Below, piece after piece: positions 38,812 through 48,744 of a DNA stretch of 51,261 nucleotides. The translations under genes were made by a program, and so were the position numbers. Source of the DNA: Lentisphaeria bacterium (GTDB lineage Bacteria; Verrucomicrobiota; Lentisphaeria; JABSQK01; JAWLHB01); the NCBI GenBank assembly GCA_041690595.1, contig JAWLHB010000013.1, positions 124,001-175,261 of the forward strand. Direction: 5' to 3'. The notes beneath the pieces are model-generated. The model had not been told where the DNA came from. It searched no databases and was given only the letters and a program-made list of their open reading frames with translations. Each line of letters opens with the position of its first letter. The stretch's first letter is position 1.

Positions 38812-39943
38812 TCAGGAAAGGCGATTGCGATAGTCGTCGAAGCCGAACTCCCTTACCAGGCGGAAGCTTCCATCGCGACTATCACACAAGGCGATGGAAG
38901 GCAGACGCACGCCGTTGAAGGTCGTCGTCTTGACGATAGTATAGTGGGCCATGTCCAGAAAGACCAGCCGTTGGCCGATCCGCAGCGGTTCGGCAAAGGA
39001 ATAATCGCCGATCACATCGCCGGCCAGACAGGTCATGCCACCGAGGCGATAGGTGTGGGCCAGCTCGCCGGGCAGCGAGCCGCCGACGACCTCCGCCCGG
39101 TAGGGCATTTCGAGAACATCCGGCATGTGCGTCGAAGCCGAGGTATCCAGTATGGCAATATCCATATCATTGTGGAGGATATCCAGCACCGTGGAGACCA
39201 GGATTCCCGAACCAAGCGCGCACGCCTCACCCGGTTCGAGGTAGACCTGCACCCCGTAACGGTCACGGACGCGGTTGACCAGCTCGCACAGCAGCTCCAC
39301 ATCGTAATCGTCACGCGTGATATGATGTCCACCGCCAAGGTTGAGCCATTCCATGCGCGGCAGCCAGCGCCCGAACTTGGCGTCGACCACATCGAGCAGC
39401 CGCTCCAGCGGCTTGGCCGCCGATTCGCAGAGCGCATGCACATGCAACCCGCTGATGCCGTCCAGTTCGCGTTCATCGAACTGGGCCAGCGTCACACCGA
39501 GGCGGGAACCGCGACAGCAGGGGTTGTAGATATCCACCTCCACCTCGGAATGCTCCGGATTGATGCGAATGCCGCAGGCAACATCACGGCCGCTGCTCTG
39601 TATCTGTTCGCGGAAGCGCTTCCACTGGCCAAAGGAATTGAAGGAGAGATGATCCACATAACCAAGCAGCTCGTCCAGTTCTTCGTCACGAAAGGCGGGG
39701 GAATAGACGTGCGTCTCCCCGCCGAACTCCTCGAAGCCAAGGCGCGCTTCGTGCAGACCGCTGGCCGTCGTCCCCTGCAGATACCTGCGCATCAGGGGGA
39801 AGAGGCTGAAGGTGGCGAACCCTTTCAGGGCAAGCAGGATCTTGCAGCCGGTGCGCTCGCGCACACCAGCCAGAATCTGCATGTTTTTCTCGATGGCAGC
39901 CTGATCGATCAGCCAGCACGGCGTCGGCGCCTGGTCGATCAGC

Positions 39944-39963
<20 letters not shown>
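38812..39963 (-). CDS. nspC: Carboxynorspermidine/carboxyspermidine decarboxylase
   Basis: TTG start with GAGGAG RBS; TPCWLID, LLALKGF, ASGLHEA, NLGGGH, EPGEA, HMPDVLEMPY, CLAGD, HYT.VK.TTFNG. Confidence 0.93.
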
Positions 39964-41140
<1,177 letters not shown>

Positions 41141-41241
41141 GATTGTCCTTCACTGAAAAAGGTTTTGTTCAACGCACCATTCAAAGACTAACCTAAGGAG
41201 AATCGTCCCGAAAGCAAATTGCGCCCGCTTCCGGTCGGCAC

Positions 41242-41664
41242 TTATGTCGGCGGCAGATGATAGAGCATCAGATAGATGACCACGCCGCTGATCGAGACAA
41301 AGATCCAGACCGGCCATACCCAGCGAGCCAGCCGCTTGTGCTGCGTGAAGCGCCGCTTGTAGGCCAGCCAGAGCAGCACCAGGATGGGAGGGACCATCAC
41401 GGCTGCCAGAATGATATGGGGAATCAGAATAGCAAAGTAGACGCCCCGCGTCCAATCATAGCGCGCATAGGGAACCGACCCCGCGTAGGCATGATAGATC
41501 AGATAGGTGGTCAGAAAGAGGACCGAGAAAATGACCGCGCCGATCATGCACTTCGCATGGGCCACGCGGTGGCCGCGGCGAATCATGATGAAGCCCGCGA
41601 TCAGCATCAGCGTCGCCAAGCTGTTCAGAATCGCATTTACAGTGGGTAGATCGGAGATGGTCAT
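41242..41664 (-). CDS. DUF420 membrane protein
   Basis: LPTVNAILN, H..CM, FL..YL.YH, ILIPHIILA, HKRLARW..P.W..VS.SGV. Confidence 0.9.
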   Translation of the reverse strand: MTISDLPTVNAILNSLATLMLIAGFIMIRRGHRVAHAKCMIGAVIFSVLFLTTYLIYHAYAGSVPYARYDWTRGVYFAILIPHIILAAVMVPPILVLLWLAYKRRFTQHKRLARWVWPVWIFVSISGVVIYLMLYHLPPT

Positions 41665-43226
41665 TGTGGCCAATACTCCCGGGCGAGGCGCTGAATGTCG
41701 TTCCGCAGGGAGTCCAGGCGGGCCGCGCTGTCGTACGCGTAATATCCTCGAATCTGCCCCTCGGGGTCAACCAGAATGAGCTTGGTGCTATGGTTCGGGA
41801 AGTTATCGGGCACGAGGAAAATCTCCCGGGCCATGCGTTTCGCCTCGTCCTCGTCTCCGGTGAGGAAGCGCCAGCGCTGATCGTCGACACCGAAACTCTC
41901 GGCATAGTCGCGCAGGATCTCCGGCGTATCGTACTGGGGATCCGAGGAGATGGAGACGAACTGAACGCGCTCGGGATCGTCAAAGAGACGATAGAGTCTG
42001 GCCATTTCGGCATTCATGGTCGGACAGATGGTGGGACAGCGGGTGAACATGAAGGTCACGATACTGATCCGCCCCAGCAGATCTTCGTGCGAGAAGGTTC
42101 CACCGTCGCTGGCAGGCAGGCGGAAATCGCTGACCTGCAGGCCGGTGGTTGCCACGGTTCGCGAACGTTCCGCCAGAGCGAGCACGACCATTCCTCCCGC
42201 GCTGGTTGCCACCAGAAAGGCGATTCCAGCCGCGAGCCAGGCGCCTGTCGTGCGGTGGGCAAGCGGCTCCTCCGTCGTTGCATACCTCAACCCCACCACC
42301 AGGATCATGATGCCGCCTAACCAGAGGCTTGCCAGCCACAGATGCACGACTTGCAGAATCGGCCACAATCCAAGGGGTCGGAAAACAAAGCCCACCAGCA
42401 ACTGAAGGGCCGCCAGAACAACCACCGCCCTCGCGGTTGATCGACACAGCGAATCCGTCTCCTGCCGCAAGACGCGCAAAGCCAGCACGATGCTGGTCAC
42501 TCCCAGCACAACGCCCAGCACAATATGGAAGTACTTGTGCTCGCCCGCCAGGTCGAGCCGCATCAGATCCGTCGCCAGAGGCATCGCCAAGGTCAGCTCC
42601 TCCAGGGAGCCACGCAACCAGGCGCCGCCGGCGATCTGCGCAATACCGCCGAACCAGATGAGAATGAAGCCAACGCGCAACCTGCGATGTCGTTGGCTGA
42701 CGGGAGCGTCCTTGTAGGTGGGCCAGATCAGCAGGTAGAGCAAGGCACTGATCATCACCAGTGCCAGCCCCATGTGCAGCGAAACCACGACATGGTGCAG
42801 CTTCGTCTGCACCACAACACCTCCCAGCCAGCCTTGGAAAAGCGTCAGCAGGAGGATCGCCAGAGCCCCAATGGTCAATCGCTTGTATTCGCGCACCTTC
42901 CAGACTGCCACAAGGAGCAGGGCGATGATCGTGAGCCCTACCACCACCCCGGCCATCCGGTTCACATACTCGATCCAGACCAAGGTAAAATTGAAGGTCG
43001 CGACATCGATATCCTTCAGAACCGCGTAGGCACGGGAGCCTTCCTCGGCCCGCGTGATCAGCTGCTGCAGGTGCAACTGATTCATGGGCGGGATCCAGCT
43101 TCCATAGCAGGTTGGCCAGTCCGGGCAGCCCAAGCCGGCTCCAGAGACGCGAACCAGTCCCCCGATGAAGATCAGAAAATAGGTTGCCAGCGTGGCAACC
43201 AAGGCTGCTTTAACAAAGGTTTTCAT
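41661..43226 (-). CDS. ctaA: Heme A synthase (CtaA/COX15) fused to a C-terminal SCO1/SenC copper-chaperone domain
   Basis: GAGLGCPDWPTC, EYVNR, QGWLG, SLHM, YFHI, VVHL; then FMFTRCPTICP, DPQYDTP, WRFLTG, NHST..LVDPEGQIRG. Confidence 0.88.
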   Translation of the reverse strand: MKTFVKAALVATLATYFLIFIGGLVRVSGAGLGCPDWPTCYGSWIPPMNQLHLQQLITRAEEGSRAYAVLKDIDVATFNFTLVWIEYVNRMAGVVVGLTIIALLLVAVWKVREYKRLTIGALAILLLTLFQGWLGGVVVQTKLHHVVVSLHMGLALVMISALLYLLIWPTYKDAPVSQRHRRLRVGFILIWFGGIAQIAGGAWLRGSLEELTLAMPLATDLMRLDLAGEHKYFHIVLGVVLGVTSIVLALRVLRQETDSLCRSTARAVVVLAALQLLVGFVFRPLGLWPILQVVHLWLASLWLGGIMILVVGLRYATTEEPLAHRTTGAWLAAGIAFLVATSAGGMVVLALAERSRTVATTGLQVSDFRLPASDGGTFSHEDLLGRISIVTFMFTRCPTICPTMNAEMARLYRLFDDPERVQFVSISSDPQYDTPEILRDYAESFGVDDQRWRFLTGDEDEAKRMAREIFLVPDNFPNHSTKLILVDPEGQIRGYYAYDSAARLDSLRNDIQRLAREYWPQ

Positions 43227-43253
43227 GCTCTTCCCACCTGATGACGGATCGGC

Positions 43254-45200
43254 TCAACCGGCCCCGTCAATTCTGTTCAGCTTCTCCTGGATGGCCTGGC
43301 GCAGTGGCTCCGTCAGCACCCGCTGACCATAGCGGATATCGCAGAACCATTGGGTGAGCTGGCGCACCTCATCGGCACTCCGCGGCCTCTCTGTTTCAAC
43401 CAGCCGCAGGAACTCCCACGGCGTTTGTCCCCGCGCCCGGTACAGTCGCCTCTTTGCGAGAATTCGCAACATGCGTCCATAAAAATGGCGTGCTTCACGC
43501 ACCGACTGTTCATGCGTGGTCGCCGCTCTCCGGCTGCGTCGGGTGAGCCAGCCGCGGCGCCTGGCGTATAACGCCATGAAAACGATCACTCCCCCCATCA
43601 CGATCAGCGCCATGTACCGCACCACAAGGCCGGCCGTCTCCTGCACGATTGTCCCCATGGTGTTCACCACCGTCGACTGCTCGGAGGTTCCGAATTCGAC
43701 GATCTTGCTGTACCAGACAAACTCGATCCACTCGAAGACCGTGAGCCCCAGGCTCCGCTCCTCGAGGTTGAAGCTGGTACCGTATGGGGTGGCGTCGAAG
43801 ATGACCCAGCCCTCGCCTTCAATCCAGGCTTCGGTCCAGGCGTGCCCATGTCTGGCGCGGATGTTGTAGAAACTGCCGAGATCGTTTCGCTCCGTCGCCA
43901 CCCACCCCATTCCCACCCGCGCGGGTATATCGCGCATGCGCAGCAGAACAGCCAGGCTGGAAGCGAAGCGCTCGCAATGGCCGGGGCGGGAGTTGATGCA
44001 GAAGTCGTCGATGGGAGCAAGGCGGTCGAGGTTGGGTGCGCCGAGTTCATACTCATGGTTGTCCTGGAACCAGGTGACGAGCGTCTGGGCGATCTCCTTA
44101 GGCTCCCGCAGCTGCCCCAGCCGCTGATTGAGCCATTGGCTCAACTGCGGGGAGGGTTCCGCGCCGAGATCGGTGTAGCGGAGGCGCTCACGCTCGGTCA
44201 GCTCGCCGTAACCACTGTCCAGGCGCGTCCAATAATCATAGGTGATGTCGCGGTGCAGGTCGAATGGCAGCATGACGCCGCCATGGTCGGCGACATAGGG
44301 GCGCTGCACGAATGGACCTTCGACACGTACCACGTAGCCGTCACTCGGGATGGTATTTCCCAGCAAGCGATAGCTCAACAGCTTGACGCTTCGATGTACC
44401 GTACCTGTCAGTTCGCCGGTCCAGGGAACACGATCACTCAGGCTGGCCCAGTTGGAGCGACTCCATGTCTGGCCGTCCCAGACATCCAGCGCGGAGCCCT
44501 TGACGTAGTCCACTGCTTCGCCCTCGATGCGGAAAAGCAGAATGTCCGACGCCTGCGCTCCACCGAGGCTGGCATCGATTTCCTCCGGCTGGCGACCGCC
44601 GATCTGCCACCTGCTCGTGCTGCCCTGTGCCACGGGAAAACGTGGAAAGAAGAGAAAGAAGACGACCATGATCACCGCGAGATAGAGGAACTCACGGCCA
44701 TTCAGGCCGGCCAGGCGTCCACCCGCAATCCGCCGATACTTCTCTGCTTCCAACGCGAAAAGCGAGCGTGGCAGCAGGTAAAGGACCCCGACCAGAATGA
44801 GGATGAATTCGTAATCGACCACCACCTGCGTTCCTACGCCGAGATGGATCATCGCGATCGCGATCGAGTACATCTTCTCGCGCAGGTTCAGTGGTCGCAA
44901 CAGACGAGCTGCCTGGAAGAGGACCAGTCCGTTGCCGATGAAGACCAGGCGGTTGTATCCATAGCGCCCTCCCAGCGCATCGCCCAGGAAATAGGCGCCA
45001 ACGATCGCCACGAGGGCCACGACCTCCTCGACCCAGGTCGGCAGAAGCCGCTCTTCCCGGCTCAGCGACAAGGCCACATACCAGATGAGCGCGTAAACCA
45101 CCGCCATAAAGTAGTAGTCGAAGCTGTAGCCCTGGCAGATGAATCCAAGGAGGATCAGCAGGTTGCGCGGCTCTTTCATGGCTTCGTTGCGCAGCTTCAT
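43254..45200 (-). CDS. Transglutaminase-like TgpA family membrane protein (DUF3488/DUF4129-type)
   Basis: Multi-TM N-terminus, FFPR, GHCERFASS (catalytic Cys), HAWTE, DATP, C-terminal TP.EF..RYG. Confidence 0.88.
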   Translation of the reverse strand: MKLRNEAMKEPRNLLILLGFICQGYSFDYYFMAVVYALIWYVALSLSREERLLPTWVEEVVALVAIVGAYFLGDALGGRYGYNRLVFIGNGLVLFQAARLLRPLNLREKMYSIAIAMIHLGVGTQVVVDYEFILILVGVLYLLPRSLFALEAEKYRRIAGGRLAGLNGREFLYLAVIMVVFFLFFPRFPVAQGSTSRWQIGGRQPEEIDASLGGAQASDILLFRIEGEAVDYVKGSALDVWDGQTWSRSNWASLSDRVPWTGELTGTVHRSVKLLSYRLLGNTIPSDGYVVRVEGPFVQRPYVADHGGVMLPFDLHRDITYDYWTRLDSGYGELTERERLRYTDLGAEPSPQLSQWLNQRLGQLREPKEIAQTLVTWFQDNHEYELGAPNLDRLAPIDDFCINSRPGHCERFASSLAVLLRMRDIPARVGMGWVATERNDLGSFYNIRARHGHAWTEAWIEGEGWVIFDATPYGTSFNLEERSLGLTVFEWIEFVWYSKIVEFGTSEQSTVVNTMGTIVQETAGLVVRYMALIVMGGVIVFMALYARRRGWLTRRSRRAATTHEQSVREARHFYGRMLRILAKRRLYRARGQTPWEFLRLVETERPRSADEVRQLTQWFCDIRYGQRVLTEPLRQAIQEKLNRIDGAG

Positions 45201-46330
45201 TCGTTCTCCAGGCTGGAGGGGCCAAAAAAGAGAGCCCGGACGTGGCGATCCGCAACGGCTTCACGCCAGCTTTCGGGGAGGTAAAGCTCCGCCTTGCGTC
45301 GGTCCGCGGGCAGATCGCGATTCATGAAGCTCTCGACATCGGCGTTGTAACTGGTCAGGACGAGGCAGACGCTGGATTTCACCGGCAGCTTGGCCAGCGC
45401 CGCCTGCAGCCGCGACCGCGTGAGGCTGTCCTCCACTGGCGTCAAGCGAGCGAGGGAGTCCATCACGACGCTGCCATCGGCAAAGGGGGGCACCGAGAGC
45501 AGCTCCAGATTGCCCAGATTGATATACTCGATCTGGTGACTGGCATCCAATGCAGCCAGAACCAGAGAAGCGGCCGCCCGAGCCGCCCAGTCGATCAGCA
45601 GATTTCCCTCCGCGTCGCGCGCCCCTTCGGCATCCATCACGATGGAGACGCGCCCGGACAATTCTTCATCGAATTCCTTGACCATGAGGCCCAGTCCTTT
45701 GGAGGACGAGGCCCAGTGGATCAGCCTGACTGGATCCGACGATTGGAATGGGCGCACACCGTGAAAGCTGTCTCCGGAAGCTGAGCGATGGAGCCCCGTG
45801 AACTTGCCGCCCACGGTCGGCTCGAAACCAGCGGCGAGGGGCACCTGGCAACGATAGACGGCCGGATAGACGATGAACTCGCCGCTGACCTCCAGTTTCC
45901 GTGTGCAGCGAATCATGCCGAATGGATAGCTCGATACTAGCGAGAGGCTGTTGAATGGATAGACGCCCCGCTTCGGCAGGGTCAGGAGATCCGGGGTGAT
46001 ATGGATGCATTCCCCGCCGGCCAGCGCGCCGATACGAAAGAGCATTCCCCACGGACTGCGGGCCTCCGTGAGCCCGAGCGTCTCCCGGGTGGTGTTCGCG
46101 ACTTCCCAGGTTCCGGTGATCGCTTCGCCTTCGCGTCCCGTCATGTTCGCCGGCGGTCGCAGATCCAGGTGCCGCGCCGCGCGCCACGCGGATACCAGGT
46201 TCACCAGGTAGCAGCCCGCCAATATTCCGAGCACCAGAAAGAGGAGCCCCGAGGAGGACTGCAATGCCACCAGGTAAAGCACGAAGCCCAGGCCAATAAA
46301 ACTGACCCCCAGCTTCGACAGGTAGATCAT
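45197..46330 (-). CDS. DUF58 family protein
   Basis: RGVY, YPFG, VYP, FHGVRPF..D..RLIHW.SS, LMVKEF. Confidence 0.9.
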   Translation of the reverse strand: MIYLSKLGVSFIGLGFVLYLVALQSSSGLLFLVLGILAGCYLVNLVSAWRAARHLDLRPPANMTGREGEAITGTWEVANTTRETLGLTEARSPWGMLFRIGALAGGECIHITPDLLTLPKRGVYPFNSLSLVSSYPFGMIRCTRKLEVSGEFIVYPAVYRCQVPLAAGFEPTVGGKFTGLHRSASGDSFHGVRPFQSSDPVRLIHWASSSKGLGLMVKEFDEELSGRVSIVMDAEGARDAEGNLLIDWAARAAASLVLAALDASHQIEYINLGNLELLSVPPFADGSVVMDSLARLTPVEDSLTRSRLQAALAKLPVKSSVCLVLTSYNADVESFMNRDLPADRRKAELYLPESWREAVADRHVRALFFGPSSLENE

Positions 46331-47280
46331 AGAGGCACTTCCACCGATTCAACCAGTTCGTCTATGAATGCATCCGACGTCAGCGTGCCATGCCGTGTTC
46401 CCTTGCGCACAATCACCCGATGCGCGAGGATCGCTCCCGCCGACTCCTTGATGTCGTCAGGAAGGACATAGTCTCGCCCTGCCATGAGGGCCGCGGCCTG
46501 ACTGAAGCGCATCAGATCCAGGGTTCCTCTGGGACTGGCGCCAAACTCCAGATCGTCTCCGCTTCGGGTACGATTGACAATCGCCACGATGTAGTCGAGC
46601 AGATCTTCGGTGATGGTGATCTGCTGTACCTGTTCCTGCAGTTTGACCAGCTCTACGCAGTCGATCACCGGCTCCAGAGAGTCGATGGGAACGTTTTTCA
46701 TGCGCGACTGGGCCATTCGCCGCTCGTCGGCCGGCTGGAGATAGCCGATGCGCAAGCGCACAATGAAGCGATCCATCTGGGCAAAGGGAAGGGGATAGGT
46801 CCCTTCCAGCTCGATCGGGTTCTGCGTTGCCATCACAAAGAAGGGGTTCGGCAGTTCGTGGCGCACGCCGTCCACCGTGGCCTGCCCCTCTTCCATCCCT
46901 TCGAGGAGGCTGGACTGGGTGCGCGGCGTCGCTCGATTGATCTCGTCTCCCAACAGGACATTGGCAAACAGGGGCCCGGGCCGGAAGCTGAACTCGCCGC
47001 TTTCCTGCCGGTAGATATTGACGCCGGTGACGTCGGATGGCAGCAGGTCGGCGGTGAACTGGATGCGCTTGAAATCGCCGTCGATGGAGCGGGCCAGCGC
47101 TTTGGCGAGCATCGTCTTGCCGACGCCAGGGACATCTTCGATCAGGACATGGCCACGGGCGAGGAGGGCGCCCACCGCCCGCGCAATTACCGGCCGCTTC
47201 CCTATGATCACCTTTTCAATGTTGTCGACGAGCTGGTTGGCTTTGGTGGTGGCGCTGTCAAGACTCAGGGTATCCGGCAT
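46327..47280 (-). CDS. moxR: MoxR family AAA+ ATPase
   Basis: GHVLIEDVPGVGKT, RIQFT.DLLPSD, DEINRATPRTQSSLLE, ATQNPIE, GASPRG. Confidence 0.95.
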   Translation of the reverse strand: MPDTLSLDSATTKANQLVDNIEKVIIGKRPVIARAVGALLARGHVLIEDVPGVGKTMLAKALARSIDGDFKRIQFTADLLPSDVTGVNIYRQESGEFSFRPGPLFANVLLGDEINRATPRTQSSLLEGMEEGQATVDGVRHELPNPFFVMATQNPIELEGTYPLPFAQMDRFIVRLRIGYLQPADERRMAQSRMKNVPIDSLEPVIDCVELVKLQEQVQQITITEDLLDYIVAIVNRTRSGDDLEFGASPRGTLDLMRFSQAAALMAGRDYVLPDDIKESAGAILAHRVIVRKGTRHGTLTSDAFIDELVESVEVPL

Positions 47281-47357
47281 GCAGTCACACTCCTTCCAAG
47301 GTTTAGGGAGGGAATGGCCGCCTGTCCCCGTGCGGCCGTCAACTTGCGGCCAGTGCG

Positions 47358-48506
47358 TCAGTAACGAAAGATCGCTGCCATCGGTGCACCATGCGGCATC
47401 TCCTCATTCGACAGAACATACACGTTTCCGCCGTTTTGTAACGTAAGCACGGAACTATAGTTTATCAACTCCTGAGCCTCGGGAGGCGCGGATTTTGTTT
47501 CCCGTACGTCCCCACTCTCCTGATCGTATATGCCCCACGACTCGTGGTCGCTTGCCACCAGCAACGTTTCGATGCGTGAGGAATGCGCGCCGGGGACGAT
47601 CTCCTTGAGCTTGCGCGAGGCGCGAGGCGATCCGTCGAGTTGCAGATACTGCTCGACCGCCGCATCCTGCCGCACACGGAAGCGCGGAACGAGCAGGTTC
47701 CAGGCATCGCGATGCAGTTCCTGCCCGGTACTGGCTTCCGGATTCCCCGTCAGGTGACTTTCGACGAGGTGGCCGTAGGTATTGGCTTCCTTGTAGATGG
47801 GGTAGAGATAGTCGACCGAAGCAACGATCAACGGCGCATTCTCTTCATGCAGCAGATCGTGGAGGCCATTGTTGACCTGCTGAAAGAACTCCTTGATGCG
47901 CTGCTTGCCCCGCTCCACGCCGGTGCCGTGACGATTGTAGGAGGCCACCCCGCGGCCGCCATGCGGCATGGGTGGGCGCCAATCCCGGGCAGAGGTCTCA
48001 TCCACAAACTGCATGTACTCTTCGATAGTGGTCGGCACGCCGACTACCTGAATCTCTTCGAAGTGATCACGGGTGCACTGGAAGACGCGCACGCGCTTCT
48101 GGCTCAGCGTCAGCAGATAGAAGCGCCCATTTCCGTGGTAGACCGGCAACAGGGGACGGATGTGAAAGCGGCGATCGACCAGGACATTCTCTGGAAAGTG
48201 GAAGGGCAGAACGAAGTACTTGAAGTAGTCCGGCCCGACAAACATTGCCAACCCGTCGCTCTGATGCTGCCAGAAGCTGTTATCGGAGACCAGCTGCGTT
48301 GCCGGCTCCAGAGCCTCCATCTGGCCGTTGTCGAGGCCGCGATTGTGCATGGCATGTTCGGCCATGCGGAGGAGGTTCTTGAAGCGGATGGGGTCCTGGC
48401 GGGTGTCCGGTCCAGATCGGTGGGTGGACATGAAGATGGAAACCGCCCAGTCGGCATCGTGCTTGATCAGTTCCTGAAGGTTTTCCCCGGTAAACGTGTT
48501 CATCAT
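47358..48506 (-). CDS. Bacterial archaeo-eukaryotic-type release factor homolog (baeRF3/baeRF7-like)
   Basis: VSIFM.TH, IRFKNLL, FW....GLA.F, RFHIRPLL, FYLL.LSQ, PLIVA, GNP, RIETL, C-terminal AAIFRY; AAGGAG RBS before MMNTF. Confidence 0.8.
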   Translation of the reverse strand: MMNTFTGENLQELIKHDADWAVSIFMSTHRSGPDTRQDPIRFKNLLRMAEHAMHNRGLDNGQMEALEPATQLVSDNSFWQHQSDGLAMFVGPDYFKYFVLPFHFPENVLVDRRFHIRPLLPVYHGNGRFYLLTLSQKRVRVFQCTRDHFEEIQVVGVPTTIEEYMQFVDETSARDWRPPMPHGGRGVASYNRHGTGVERGKQRIKEFFQQVNNGLHDLLHEENAPLIVASVDYLYPIYKEANTYGHLVESHLTGNPEASTGQELHRDAWNLLVPRFRVRQDAAVEQYLQLDGSPRASRKLKEIVPGAHSSRIETLLVASDHESWGIYDQESGDVRETKSAPPEAQELINYSSVLTLQNGGNVYVLSNEEMPHGAPMAAIFRY

Positions 48507-48744
48507 GCGCTCCTTGCTGGAAATGCTTCCATTATCGGTGGTCAATGACCTCGTCGCGTTTGCTTACACTACCTCGATCCGGGAGTTCCTGTCAAGCGGA
48601 ATCCGGCCATTGCCACCCCCACGGAATCCGGGTTATTCCGCACAAATCCATGGGGTCTGCCCGGTCTGCCCTAAGAAATCGGCTGCAGTCGCATTATCCT
48701 TATTACAGACCCTCATCCTCCACCCCGAGCACGGAGCTACCGTC

